A stretch of DNA of 64,000 bases. Source: Octopus sinensis (taxonomy: Eukaryota). Shown piece by piece: positions 26,538-39,414 of this stretch; positions within the stretch are counted from its first letter, which is position 1; the number at the start of each line of letters is the position of its first letter. The stretch is taken from NCBI RefSeq assembly GCF_006345805.1, contig NC_043011.1:44900464-44964463 (forward strand), given 5' to 3'. The notes beneath the pieces are model-generated. The model was not told where the DNA came from. It searched no databases and worked only from the letters and a program-made list of their open reading frames with translations. Both the position numbers and the translations under genes were made by a program.

Positions 26538-26921
26538 GGAGGCGCAATGGCCCAGTGGTTAGGGCAGCGGACTCGCGGTCATAGGATCGCGGTTTCGATT
26601 CCCAGACCGGGCATTGTGTGTGTTTATTGAGCGAAAACACCTAAAGGTTCCACGAGGCTCCGGCAGGGGATGGTGGTGATCCCTGCTGTACTCTTTCACC
26701 ACAACTTTCTCTCACTCTTACTTCCTGTTTCTGTTGTACCTGTATTTCAAAGGGCCGGCCTTGTCACTCTCTGTGTCACGCTGAATATCCCCGAGAACTA
26801 CGTTAAGGGTACACGTGTCTGTGGAGTGCTCAGCCACTTACACGTTAATTTCACGAGCAGGCTGTTCCGTTGATTCGGATCGACCGGAACCCTCGTCGTC
26901 GTAACCGACAGAGTGCTTCCA
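26538..26921 (+). mobile_element. SINE family B (young, with TSD)
   Basis: 12-bp TSD TTGTAATAGACT at 26524 and 26922. Confidence 0.88.
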
Positions 26922-27683
26922 TTGTAATAGACTAAATCACAGACAGGGTCATTGGTGTCGAAACACGGATTGAATTTTACGTCGTAGGTCTACAACAGTA
27001 TCTCTCTCTCTCCCCCCTTTCCCCCTCTCTCTTCCTTTCTCTCTCTCTCCCTTTCTCTCTCTCTTCCTTTCTCTCTCTCTCTTCCTTCCTCTATCCTCTT
27101 CTTTCGCTCTCTCTCTCTTCCTTTCCTCTCTTCTCTCTCTTCTCTCTCTCTTCTCCCTCCTTCTCTCTCTCTCTTCCTTTCTCTCTCTCTCTTCCTTTCT
27201 CTCTCTCTCTTTCTCCCTTCCTTTCTCTCTCTCTCTTCCTTTCTCTCTCTCTCCCTTTCTCTCTCTCTTCCTTTCTCTCTCTTTCTCTCTTCCTTTCTCT
27301 CTCTCCCTTCCTTTCTCTCTCTCTCCCTTTCTCTCTCTCTCCCTTCCTTTCTCTCTCTCCCTTCCTTTCTCTCTCTCTCTCCCTTTCTCTCTCTCTCCCT
27401 TACTCTCTCTCTCCCTTTCTCTCTCTCTCTCTCCATCTCCCTCTCTCTCCCTTCATCTCTTATTGTCTCTATCTATCTTATTTATCTCTAGTGAGATAAA
27501 TAGCTCTGTCTATTTATCTCACTCCACTGATTCATTCTCTCACTTCCTTAACACCCGTTTTAACTTTCATTTTATGCATCACTTTATGTATCCTTTAGTT
27601 CATTCACCATACTTTTTGTCAGTCTGTCCGCCTATCTATTTTTCTACCTATTTATTCATCAATTTATCTGTCGATCAATCAAT

Positions 27684-27724
<41 letters not shown>

Positions 27725-28191
27725 CCTCTATCTATCTATCTAACCTACGTCCCTTCCTACTTAACTATATTGCTAACTAGGATCTATTCCATCTCAATCA
27801 CAGATATTTAAATTAATTAATTTTAACTAAACTGTTTGAAACTTCGAATACTGGTAGAATTTCTCACGCAGAACACGGTTTACTCTGAACGTTTTTGACA
27901 AAATTTTGTATTTTAGAAGTTATTTCGTGTTGTATTTGTGTATTCGGTTGAAGAAAACCACTGCTGCTTGCGACAGTAATCGAAGAGGAACAACTTCCGG
28001 GTCATCTCTACTAAATGTCACCACTGTGTTCTATTCGTATGGCGTGCGAAGACGATGCCACCTTTATCCTTTCTTCCTTTCTATTCATCACCATGCATTC
28101 CTTACTCTTTCCCTCCCTTCTACACTATCGACTAGCAACCAGCGAGCGAACCTGTCTCTGCCACTACAATTACCGTATTTTCCGGTGTATA

Positions 28192-28409
28192 ACTCTTTTA
28201 CTCTTTACTCTTTTACTTGTTTCAGTCATTTGACTGCGGCCATGCTGGAGCACCGCCTTTAGTCGAGCAAATCGACCCCGGGACTTATACTTTTGTAAGC
28301 CCAGTACTTATTCTATCGGTCTCTTTTGCCGAACCGCTAAGTTACGGGGACGTAAACACACCAGCATCGGTTGTCAAGCAATGCTAGGGGGACAAACACA
28401 GACACACAA

Positions 28410-28444
<35 letters not shown>

Positions 28445-28605
28445 ACAGGCTTCTTTCAGTTCCCGTCTACCAAATCCACTCACAAGGCATTGGTCGGCTC
28501 GGGGCTATAGCAGAAGACATTTGCCCAAGATGCCACGCAGTGGGACTGAACCCGGAACCATGTGGTTGGTTAGCAAGCTACTTACCACACAGCCACTCCT
28601 GTGCT
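28192..28605 (-). mobile_element. SINE family A, nested in the Merlin-like MITE
   Basis: Reverse complement of family A, full length. Confidence 0.8.
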
Positions 28606-28896
28606 ATTTGTTTTGTTTTACCTTCATATTTTGATAAAGTTTTTTTTTTTATCCAATAAAGACTTTTATATTGACGAAATGTGTTTGTTCTTGATTATAG
28701 TAAAATAAAATCACGACAAAAACAATACACCTTGTAGTTGTAAAATAAGGAATTTTGAAATTACATATACGTCAACAACAAAAACGCTAGCTGCGGACTC
28801 GTGGTGACATTTAGTAGAGATAACCCGGAAGTTGTTCCTCTTCGATTACTATCGCAAAAAGCAGTAGCTTTCTCCCACCGAATACACATCGTTAGT

Positions 28897-29289
28897 GGAG
28901 GCGCAATGGCCCAGTGGTTAGGGCAGCGGACTCGCGGTCGTAGGATCGCGGTTTCGATTCGGTTTCGATTCCTAGACCGGGCGTTGTGAGTGTTTATTGA
29001 GCGAAAACACCTAAAGCTCCACGAGGCTCCGGCAGGAATGGTGGTGTTCCCTGCTGTACTTCTTTCACCACAACTTTCTCTCACTCTTACTTCCTGTTTC
29101 TGCTGTACCTGTATTTCAAAGGGCCGGCCTTGTCACTCTCTATGTCACGCTGAATATCTCCGAGAATTACGTTAAGGGTACACGTGTCTGTGGAGTGCTC
29201 AGCCACTTACACGTTAATTTCACGAGCAGGCTGTTCCATTGATCGGATCAACCGGAACCCTCGTCGTCGTAACCGACGGAGTGCTTCCA
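28897..29289 (+). mobile_element. SINE family B inserted in the right TIR of the MITE
   Basis: TSD ACACATCGTT at 28884 and 29292. Confidence 0.88.
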
Positions 29290-29671
29290 CCACACATCGT
29301 TGATTGGTTGAAATTACCCAAATACGACAACTTTAACATGAAATAACTTCTAAAATACGAAATTTTGTCAAAAACGTTCAGAGTAAACCGTGTTCCACGT
29401 GAGAAATTCTACCTCTATTCAAAGTTGCAAACTGTTTAGTTAAAAAAAATTAATTAAAAAATCTGTGATTGAGATGGAATAGATCCGCTAACTAGTTGAA
29501 CAGGTTGACTTTGCCTTTCATCCTTTCGGGGTCGATAAATAAAGTACCAGGTTCGCACTGGGGTCGTTGTAATCGACTTAATCCCTTTGTCTGTCCTTAT
29601 TTGTCCCCTCTATGTTGTGGGCAATAAAGAAATATATATGTGTGCGTATATCTAGATAGACTGTTCTCTCC

Positions 29672-29707
<36 letters not shown>

Positions 29708-30363
29708 GCATTTCTCAACAACTCTTTACTCTCTTCCTTGTTCTCCACCTCTCTCCCTCTCTTTCCCTGTCTCTCTCTCTCTTTCCCTCTCTCTCTCTGT
29801 CTCTCTTTCTCTGCATGTATATATGCGTGTGCGAATTTATGAGCGTATGTGCATGTGTGAATGCGTATATAAATGTTATACATCTATGTGTATGTCTGTG
29901 TGTGCGTGTGTGTGCATGTGTGTGTGTGTATGTGTATGAATCTATATCTATCTGTCTGCCTGTCTGTATACACGCTAGCGCGCGCGTTCGTGCTTGTGTG
30001 TGTATAAGTTGCTCTGCAATCTCGCCATCTCTCAATCTCATTCCTTTTTTCTATTCTCTCCTTTGCTATCAACTCACACCCTTCCTCTCTCTATCCCTCT
30101 CCAACCCCTCTCATTTACATCCTCTCCCTCTATATCTTCCACTCCCCTTGCCTTTCTCTTCTCAGTCTCTCTCTCTCTCACACACACACACACAAATCCA
30201 TCTTCTGTTGATCCTGCTCTTCCTCCTCCTTACACACATACCTCCTTCTTCTCTCCCTCCTGTATCCCCTCTCTCATCCTTCTCTTTTCACCTCCCACCG
30301 TAAAAGACACCACTTTACATTCTCTACTCCTACTGCACTCTCTCTTTTTCTCTCTATCCTCAG

Positions 30364-30488
30364 ACAGAGTCTCCACTACTTGTCAAACCATTCTAAATGA
30401 CATGACTAGCTCAGAACTCCATGCTGTCATGACCGGAGGATTTGCCACCATTTCCGGCTCACTACTGGGATTCTATTCTAACTTTGGG
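30364..30488 (+). CDS. SLC28A-like: SLC28-like exon 5 (apparent 1-nt deletion/frameshift near 30391-30394)
   Basis: CAG acceptor; [10 protein letters not shown] then TAA (30394-30396); conserved [32 protein letters not shown] continues in the -1 frame; 125 nt between two phase-0 junctions; donor GTAAGT. Confidence 0.9.
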
Positions 30489-31499
30489 GTAAGTTTTTCA
30501 GCCTTTATTTCTTCATTTATCCTCTTTTTTTTAATACAGCTGCTGTTTTTGTTGCTGTTACTATCATCGTATGGCCCCCACCTGGACTCGATCCTCATCC
30601 ATTAGGTCTGTGATTAAGGTGTTTCAGCCGCAAGCATCCTGGTGTTTCGTATATCTCAGACTTCATTGAAAAATGTGTCCTTACTTCTTTAAATGCCTCT
30701 TCAATCTCGCTTTGAGAATATTTGACTCTTATTTGTAGTAAGTCGAGTGACCCTGGTGTCGTTGATTATACTTGATCAGCCATGGTTCACCTGGTTTATG
30801 ATGGAAGATGTTCCAGTTTTGACTATTCCATCTCTTTATATAGTGCATATCTATCACAATGTTATCTACTTTGTCCTTCTTTTTGAAGACAATATGATGT
30901 AATTTGAAGGAAATTCGATCAACAAAACAAAGATGTTCATGTGTTACCTAAATATTAAATCCGATTTTTCGCGAAATATCGTCACATCGAAAAATACCTA
31001 CTTAAATTCTGTAAATGGACTCTATCACTAAATTTAACATACGGCTACCAAACACTAGGTACTTTATTTTCAAATCCCACCGAGATTCCTTTTGTCTATA
31101 ATCATTTGAGGTTTGATAAAGAAAGGCCTCCTCAATGCTGGTGAAACCCTCCTTGCGTTTGTCCCCCACCGCCGCTTGACAACCGGTGTTGGTTTGCTTA
31201 CGATCCCATAACTTTTCGACAAAAAGAGGGTGAAAAAATAAGTACCTAGTTAAAAAATAAGTACTGGTGTCTATTTGTTCGACTAAAACCTTAAAGTCCG
31301 ATGCCTCGGCATGGCCATAGTCCAAAGACAGAAACAAGTAAAAGATAAATGATAAATTAAAGAACATAAGTAGATCGAAGGAATAAGAGAATGATAGGTT
31401 TTAGATTAAAGATACGAGTATATTAGACATTATTTAGGGATCTCGATAGTTCATGGATTTGGAGATTTTGTATATAATTAAAATCCGGGACAATCATGT

Positions 31500-31830
31500 T
31501 GAAAAGCATTCGGAATATTTTTTAGGACAGAAATCTTGGCAAATACACTTTCAACATTTTTGTGAGATGTTGCATGCTTTCCGGTCGCCTGTGAACGATT
31601 TGCTTTCCTTTTAGCTTTTCCAAATCGGTTGGAAGGATTGATTTATTTTTTTCCAACTTTTTAATGTGTAGCTACTAAGGTTGGCTACGGTTTTAGATTG
31701 TGAAGATGTGTGAGTTGTAGCTAACTTTAAATGACTTTGATGTCATTCTCAAATAGGCTTTCACGGTGTTGTTTGTCTACATTATGCATTGGTCGGCAAT
31801 TTCCTTCGTCAAACATTGTGACAACCACTG
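31500..31830 (-). mobile_element. Decayed Penelope-like GIY-YIG remnant
   Basis: Fragmentary minus-strand peptides MTSKSFKVSYNSH, ANLSSY, SKSFTGDRKACNI in the order expected for a PLE endonuclease C-terminal half. Confidence 0.4.
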
Positions 31831-32543
31831 GTTATAAACCAGCATTGTTGTAGTGTATTGTTCATATATGTATGTGTACATGGCTTATACACACACACTC
31901 ACATATACGGAACACACACAAGCACTCACACATACACACGCGCGTGTGTACGTATATATGTGATATGTGTATGTACATATGTATATCTGTTTACATGTGT
32001 GTGTATGTAGGTATGGATAGATAGATCAATAGATAGATAGATAGGTAGAAAGATAGATAGATAAACAGACAGACAGACAGACAGACAGATAGATAGATAG
32101 ATTGATAGATAAATATGAAAGAAAAGTTCTAGGTACTGTTACAAAATTTGAAAATTATAAAAAGTATATATCTAAAATCGATCATCGTTCGCCTGAAGGA
32201 AGAAACAAAGTTGAAACTAAAGTTCCGAACAAAACGAATTATGTATATATATATGTGTGTGTGTGTGCGTATAAATATAAAATAGCATGTATGTATATAC
32301 ATACATACACACACACATATATATGCGTACATACACGCATACATGTAAACATTTGTATGCATGTATGTATACATACATGCACACATATACATACATATAT
32401 AAATATATTATGTGTGTGCCTGTGTATATGTGTGTCTGTGTATGTATGTATGTATGTATGATGCATGCACACATGCATATATGCATTATATTATATGACC
32501 AGAGTGACCGATGTGAACACATTGCATTGTATTATATGTAAAA

Positions 32544-32939
32544 CTAGCAGTATCGCCCGGCGTTGCTCGGGTTTGTAAGGGAAATAACTATATAAGCATT
32601 TTTAGAGATGTAAAGTATAATAGCCATCTCAATATGGCTAACCACAAAGGGGGGGTGTTACTGTAGCTTTTTACGTTCTGAGATTTAATAATAAATTTTT
32701 AGAGAGTTACTTCCCTTATATATGCCTAAAATGCATTAAAAATGTGTAAAATTGATGGTAATTTTTTTTTTAAATCGTAGACTCATCGTAGACGTGCGCT
32801 AATACCCAGAAGGGCTCGATATGAATCACGACTATAAGATACCCGGTTTTGGTTAAACTGCACCGCAAAATGTGGGTGTAGTTAGGAATCTAAATCGTAG
32901 GAGACAGACAGCACACAACCTCTCTTTTATATATAAAGA
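32544..32939 (-). mobile_element. Non-autonomous Helitron
   Basis: Minus strand 5' TC...3' hairpin CCCGagcaacgcCGGG then CTAG; inserted between A and T. Confidence 0.8.
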
Positions 32940-33132
32940 TAAGATTAGTTAAGTTTTTAGAAAGGAAAATGAACTTTCGAATATAAAAGAGAAGTAGAAC
33001 GACTAAATAGAGATGCTGATACAGCAAAAAAGTATAGAAAGTGGATAATTTAGAAAACTTCAAACCATTTCATTAAGCATCATGTCACAAATATATATAT
33101 AAAAAAAAGATTTTAAAAAACAAACAGAACTA

Positions 33133-33294
33133 GGCGCAGGAGTGGCTGTGTGGTAAGTAGCTTGCTAACCAACCACATGGTTCCGGGTTCGGTCCCACTG
33201 CGTGGCATCTTGGGCAAGTGTCTTCTGCTATAGCCCCAGGCCGACCAATGCCTTGTGAGCGGATATGATAGACGGAAACTGAAAGAAGCCCGTC

Positions 33295-33345
<51 letters not shown>

Positions 33346-33568
33346 GTATGTGTGTTTGTGTGTCTGTGTTTGTCCCCCTAGCATTGCTTGACAACCGATG
33401 CTGGTGTGTTTACGTTCCCGTAACTTAGCGGTTCGGCAAAAGAGACCGATAGAATAAGTACTGGGCTTACAAAAGTATAAGTCCCGGGGTCGATTTGCTC
33501 GACTAAAGGCGGTGCTCCAGCATGGCCGCAGTCAAATGACTGAAACAAGTAAAAAGAGTAAAAGAGAG
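33133..33568 (+). mobile_element. SINE family A
   Basis: Full-length copy. Further partial or diverged copies near 5514, 14516, 15060, 38868, 40052, 53625, 56905, 57220, 58070, 58362, 59030 and 60335. Confidence 0.8.
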
Positions 33569-33799
33569 AGAACTATTCCAGCTCGCGTCAAATGATTTAG
33601 AAAGTAAATATTATCAAGGATGGCGGTGCCCCAGCATGGCCACAGCTCATGAGCTGAAACTAGAATCAATCAATCAATCAATCAAGTAGATCAAATTCAA
33701 CAGCTTCGAATGCTAAAGTCTTACTCACAAAAATGTATATTTGTTCAAAGTCACATGGCGTATTATATATACTGATATTATATATATTTATTCGACCAG

Positions 33800-33930
33800 G
33801 CTAAACCGCAGCATCTCCTCTCCGCCTCAGTAATGTCTGCACCCGCCGCACTAGCTCTGTCTAAGTTGCTGTATCCAGAAACAGAAATCTCAAAAGCTTC
33901 TGTCAAAGATTATGGCAAAATTGGTAAAGG
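33800..33930 (+). CDS. SLC28A-like: SLC28-like exon 6 (absent from ORF track)
   Basis: CAG acceptor; AKPQHLLSASVMSAPAALALSKLLYPETEISKASVKDYGKIGK; donor GG|GTAAGT phase 2. HLLxASVMSAPAALAxSKLxYPE is a CNT signature. Confidence 0.95.
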
Positions 33931-35031
33931 GTAAGTCTTTGAGTATGTATTTTATTCTTTTCCCGGGTTCAGTCATTGAACTGAGGCCATGTTGGGTAAA
34001 TATATTTAAGGGTTTAATCGGTTGCATTGAATTCGGTATTTCTTCAGTCTGTAACTTTATTATGGAGTGCTTTTTTAGCGAATAGCTAGGTTTTATTGCT
34101 CTGGAGCAAAGGGACGTAAGTCGATGCAGTGATTAACGCCGAAATACGCAAATACAGTTACACACGAGTCAACGAGAAAATGTGTTCGTGGTCACTCGGA
34201 GTACTAGAAAGAGCAACCGTCTTTCCTACAAATCAAACCCATGTGTCTTAGGAAGGAAAGAACACGTAAGAAAATGTTAGCTGAACTTCTATTTCCAAAC
34301 TGCCAATGTTAGAAGCTAGTGGCTGCTTATCAAAATGCAATGGCATTAATATAATGAAGTAAGACTATCTGACTGGCTGGAACTCTGCAAGTTGTAACGG
34401 TAATCATACCTAGCTGCGCCTGTACTTTATCGTTGGCCATCAGAGATAGCTAAACAGCCGACCATGACCATCCCGTTGGCCATGCCTATCCAATATCCAT
34501 CACACAAGCAAAGAATATGACACGAATCCTTTCTTGTAATGGCGCAGCATTGACGTTCAGATAACAATTATTGGAATACAACATGTCGTCTTGAAGCATA
34601 GATAGATTATATATATATATGTATACATAATTATGTGTGTGTGTCTGTGTGCGTAAATATATGTATATATCTATTCATTTATATATGCATATGTGCGTAT
34701 GGATGTTTGTTGTTTAAAAAAATGTCCAGTTCCTTTGGTTTGTGTCTATATATTCGTTTCTCATTGTGTTCGACGTCTTTTTGGTGTCCTGTACTCATAT
34801 ATGCGTGTATATGTACATGTAGAGGTAGGTACGTACATATATGTTTATATATATGCATATGTTTTATTTTATTTATTAATATATATATATATGTATGTAT
34901 GTATGTGTATGTATGTATATATGTGTATGTGTGTATGTATGTATATATGTGTATGTGTGTATGTATGTATATATGTATATGTATGTATATATGTATATAC
35001 ATGTATATGTATATAGACATGTGTATATATC

Positions 35032-35065
<34 letters not shown>

Positions 35066-37738
35066 TATTTATGTATATGTATGTATGATTATATATTTGT
35101 ATTTTTGTTTCAATTTATGTCTGTTTTTATGTATGTATATATATGTATGCATGTACATATTTATGAACGTATGTATTTATGTTCCAAGTCGCTGTAGATC
35201 ACAATTTTGCACACAGGAAACTGAAACATTGCTCACAACTTCAACTTTTCAAGGAGATAGTGATGGGTAATTTGACATTTCCTAATACTTTGTAAGGCAC
35301 GTGGCTTAGTGGTTAGAGGTGTTTGGTTCACGATCTGACGATCGTGAGTTCGAAAACCAGCTACGCGTTATGTCCTTGAGCAAGACGCTTTATTTCACGT
35401 TGCTCCAGTCCATTCACCTGGCAAAAAAACGAGTTATACCTGTATTTCATAGGGCTAGCCTCGCCATATTCTGTGTCACGCCGAATTTCCCTGAGAACTA
35501 CGTTAAGGGTACGCGTGTCTGTGGAGTGCTCAGCCACTTGCACGTTAATTTCACGAACAGCCTGCACTGTTGGTCGGATCAAATGGAACTCTCGTCGTCG
35601 TAACCGACGGAGTGCCAGTCTTTGGTTCCAAATGATACTTTGTAAATGCTTTGGATGAGACAATTCTAAGAATATCAACGTTCTTGGACTTACTACAGAT
35701 TGACCAAATCTTTTTAAAGCTTCTCATTTCAAATATAAAGAACTCATATGAGTGTGCAGTACTAGAACTTGAGACCGGAAGCGTCCAGAATTTCTGGATT
35801 TTCCATTTTCCTGGAAGTATCCTAAATATATACTTAATATATAGAATAATTTATGAAGAGTTATGAGCTAAGCCGTATTTAACAGAACCAAATTAATACA
35901 TTTCTGAAGCAGGGTGTGTTTGATATTTATCCACTCAAATTCTTAAAACACATAATATTATACAGTATACCGTATATACAGTATAATGTTTATAAGATTT
36001 GAATTAAACGAAGAAAAGTAAAGAACATGCTTTTACTTAACAGATGGAAGTACAAAATAACACATTTGTAAAGCAGAATATGTTCAATGTTTATAAATTC
36101 TCTTTAAAACAAGAGTGGAAAACCAAACTACTTTTAATACACCGTATGCAAATTAGCCAACTTCAGAAACAGGGTCTGTTTAACTCTTTACAAGGGCACA
36201 GCATATTGCTCGGTATTGCACAATATGCTCGGATTTCTGGTGAAAGGTTTGGTGCTGTATCTATTTGAGATATTAATAAAGCCGAACAACGCCGGGTACT
36301 GCTGGTGGTGAATAAACAAATATAAGAAAAAAATCATGTTTCTGAATCTACTAAAACTGAATGAATGAGACTTAATTAGATTCGACTCCCGGCTTGTGTT
36401 CTACAGAACAGCGTGATACCTGTAGGTTCTTATTTAGCGTTACTATAAAAATACTAGATTGTTTGAGAGTATTTTTGAATAATTGCTGTTGATGTTTGGT
36501 GCTGGTGGTTTAGTCCAAGGTCAGCACTGATCGAGCAAACCTACAGACGAAGGCGTTCGAGTCTGGACCATCCTGTCTTTTTCTATGATAATGTTCACAT
36601 AAAACCACATTGTCCAGGGTGCCCATCTCTCTTAAAGACAGTAAGGAGTGATTTTCAGGCATACTTAGCTGCTATTTCTAACAGGCCAAGTGATTAATTG
36701 GGAAGCTGCTTGATTTGCCGTTAATGATGCTGATGACGCTTGTGGTGGTGGTGGCGGTGGTGGTGGCGGTGGCGGTGGTGGTGGTGGTGCGGCGGCGGTG
36801 TTAGTGGTGGTGGTGGTGGTGCGGTGGCGGCGGCGGTGGTGTTGGTGGTAGTGGTGGCAGCGGTGGTGGTGGTGGTGGTGGTTGTGGTGGTGGTGGTGGT
36901 GGTGGTGCGGCGGCGGTGGTGTTGGTGGTGGCGGCGGCGGCAGTGACGGTGGTGTTGGTGGTGGCGGCGGCGGCAGTGGCGGTGGTGCTGGTGCTGGTGA
37001 TGGTAGTAGTAGAAAGCTAGGAAAAAAGCAAAAAGCTGCTGCTTAGCCCCAGGTCAACCCCTGATCAAAGAGACCTAACGCAAAAAAGCTTCCCAGCTAT
37101 GACCATCCTGTCTTTACTTTTTCAGACTGACTTGCACTATATTGTAACTTGCACTATATTGTCCAAATGTGCACTTCGTTTTTCAAGGAGATTTGGTTGA
37201 TATTTCTAGCAGATGTCATTAAAGAGACAGGCTCATGTCGCCTTGTGGCGTGTGAGAACCATGTAACATCTACAGCCGTCTTTTAGCCACGGGTCGGATA
37301 TTTTCGAATAAACATACAGTCGAAGCCATTCCAATCATGGCGACCCCATTTTCAGTTACAGTCTATCAGAAGGTACACTAACCACTGTAGCCATCCACCT
37401 TTATTTTTAAAACATCCAGAATATACAGATATATGATTATTGATTCTAAACTTTAGCACAAGGCCAGTAATTTCAGAGGAGGGATAAGTCGATTACATCG
37501 ACCCCAGTGTTTAACTGGTACTTATTTTTGCGACCCCGAAAAGATGAAAGGCAAAGTCGGAAATTGAACTCAGAACGTAAAGACGGACGAAATGCCACTA
37601 AGCCTTTTGCTTGGCGTGATAACAATTCCGCCAGCTCGTCGCCTTACATACAAATATTCGATTATAACTTCTCTCTTTGCTAACGTTCAGATCTGTTTGG
37701 GTTTCTTCGGGGTTTATATATTTCAAATTTCTTTGCAG

Positions 37739-37907
37739 ATCCGAGAAGAGTTTACTTGACGCTGCCTCGAGAGGTGCTTCCCAAGCAATTAAATTGGTCG
37801 CAAATATCGGTGTCAATCTTATAGCTTTCATTTCCATATTGTCTTTTGTAAATGCCGTCCTTATGTGGCTTGGTGACAGAGTCCACATCGAAAAGTTAAC
37901 ATTTGAG
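37739..37907 (+). CDS. SLC28A-like: SLC28-like exon 7
   Basis: CAG acceptor; (G)SEKSLLDAASRGASQAIKLVANIGVNLIAFISILSFVNAVLMWLGDRVHIEKLTFE; donor GTAAGA. Confidence 0.95.
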
Positions 37908-37913
37908 GTAAGA

Positions 37914-37949
<36 letters not shown>

Positions 37950-37970
37950 TGTATGTATGTATGTATGTAT

Positions 37971-38415
37971 GTAGGGAGGGAGGGAGAATTCACAAACAAA
38001 ACAAAAGACGAAGACAGGTGGTGTAGACAACAAACAGATGTATTAGTATAACGCTCAGGAACTGAAAAAGTCTTTGACGTTTCGAGCCTATGCTCTTCCA
38101 CAGAAAGAAACACAGAAAGAAACAAGGAGAGAAAATAAAGGATGTGTAGTGGCTAGCGATCTATCATACATACATGTATGTATGTATGTATGTATGTATG
38201 TTGTATGTATGTATGTATGTAGGGAGGGAGGGAGAATTCACAAACAAACAAAAGACGAAGACAGGTGGTGTAGACAACAAACAGATGTATTAGTATAACG
38301 CTCAGGAACTGAAAAAGTCTTTGACGTTTCGAGCCTATGCTCTTCCACAGAAAGGAACACAGAAAGAAACAAGGAGAGAAAATAAAGGATGTGTAGTGGC
38401 TAGCGATCTATCATA
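37971..38415 (-). repeat. Tandem dimer (247-bp period) of an about 200-bp hammerhead-like-motif-bearing repeat; third copy at 45293-45465 (+)
   Basis: Near-identical units separated by (ATGT)n. Confidence 0.85.
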
Positions 38416-38728
38416 CATACATATGTATGTATGTATGTATGTATGTATGTGTATGTATGTATGTATGTATGCATGCACGCACATACGTACATATGTGTGT
38501 ATGTATGTACGTACGTATGTATGTATGTGTGCTTGCATGCACATACGTACGTATGTGTATGTATGTATGTACATACGTACGTATGTATGCACGCACGTAC
38601 GTATGTATGTACGCACGCACGTACATACGTACGTATATGTGTGTGTGTGCGCGCGTTAATGTTTCACTTAAACGTAGAAATACTTATGACTTGATGTTTG
38701 ACATCACATATATGCATTTCATGTTTGA

Positions 38729-38809
38729 AGCTCCGATGAAGCTAGAAAGTGTTACTGAAGCATTGAACTATGGGTCTACTGCATTCTATAGCCGAAACAG
38801 CTGTAAGCT
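38729..38809 (+). ncRNA. Degenerate hammerhead with long stem II
   Basis: AGCT-CCGATGA (U4 to C)-aGCTA...TAGCc-GAAAC-agct-GTA-AGCT. Confidence 0.5.
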
Positions 38810-39213
38810 AATTAAATTCATAACGTAATTGCTCGTTTATTTGTCATTCCAATTTCTTACATATATAGGCATAGGCGGGGCTGTGCGGTAAGAAGCTTGC
38901 TTCCTAACCACATCGTTCCCGGTTCAGTCCCACTGCGTGGTACCTTGGGCAAGTGTGTTCTGCTAACGCCTCGGGTCGACCAAAGCCTGGTGAGTGGATT
39001 TGGTAGACGGAAACTGAAAGAAACCCGTCGTATATATATATGGGGGAAGGGTTGTGTGTGTGTATGTTCGTGTATATGTGTGTGTGTATGCGTGCCTGTG
39101 TCTGTGTTTAACACCCCCACCTCCGATTGACAGCCAGTGTTGGTGTGTTTACGTCCCTGTTACTTATTTTCGTATTTTGTGTACCTGTCTTCACTTCACA
39201 TTTGTAAACCACA

Positions 39214-39369
39214 TTCTTCTACGTTGCTGGTATCTGAGACACCAAGAAAAATTGTCTACGCAGCCATCTTACGTTATTTTCCAATGTAAACAAAAGGTAC
39301 TTCACATCATTATCTAATCTTATCTGGAGGCTCAAACAGCATGGAGTGGCGCATACGACCAACTGGTCT

Positions 39370-39414
<45 letters not shown>

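Larger units (their letters stand above)
27780..29486. mobile_element. Merlin-like non-autonomous DNA transposon (MITE) with long TIRs
   Basis: Termini GGATCTATTCCATCTCAATCACAGAT / reverse complement; TIRs about 245 bp; 8-bp TSD GCTAACTA at 27772 and 29487. Confidence 0.8.

Noticed and set aside
30385-30400. Programmed -1 ribosomal frameshift at exon 5
   Set aside because: No X XXY YYZ slippery heptamer or evident stimulatory structure; an indel error or null allele is more parsimonious.
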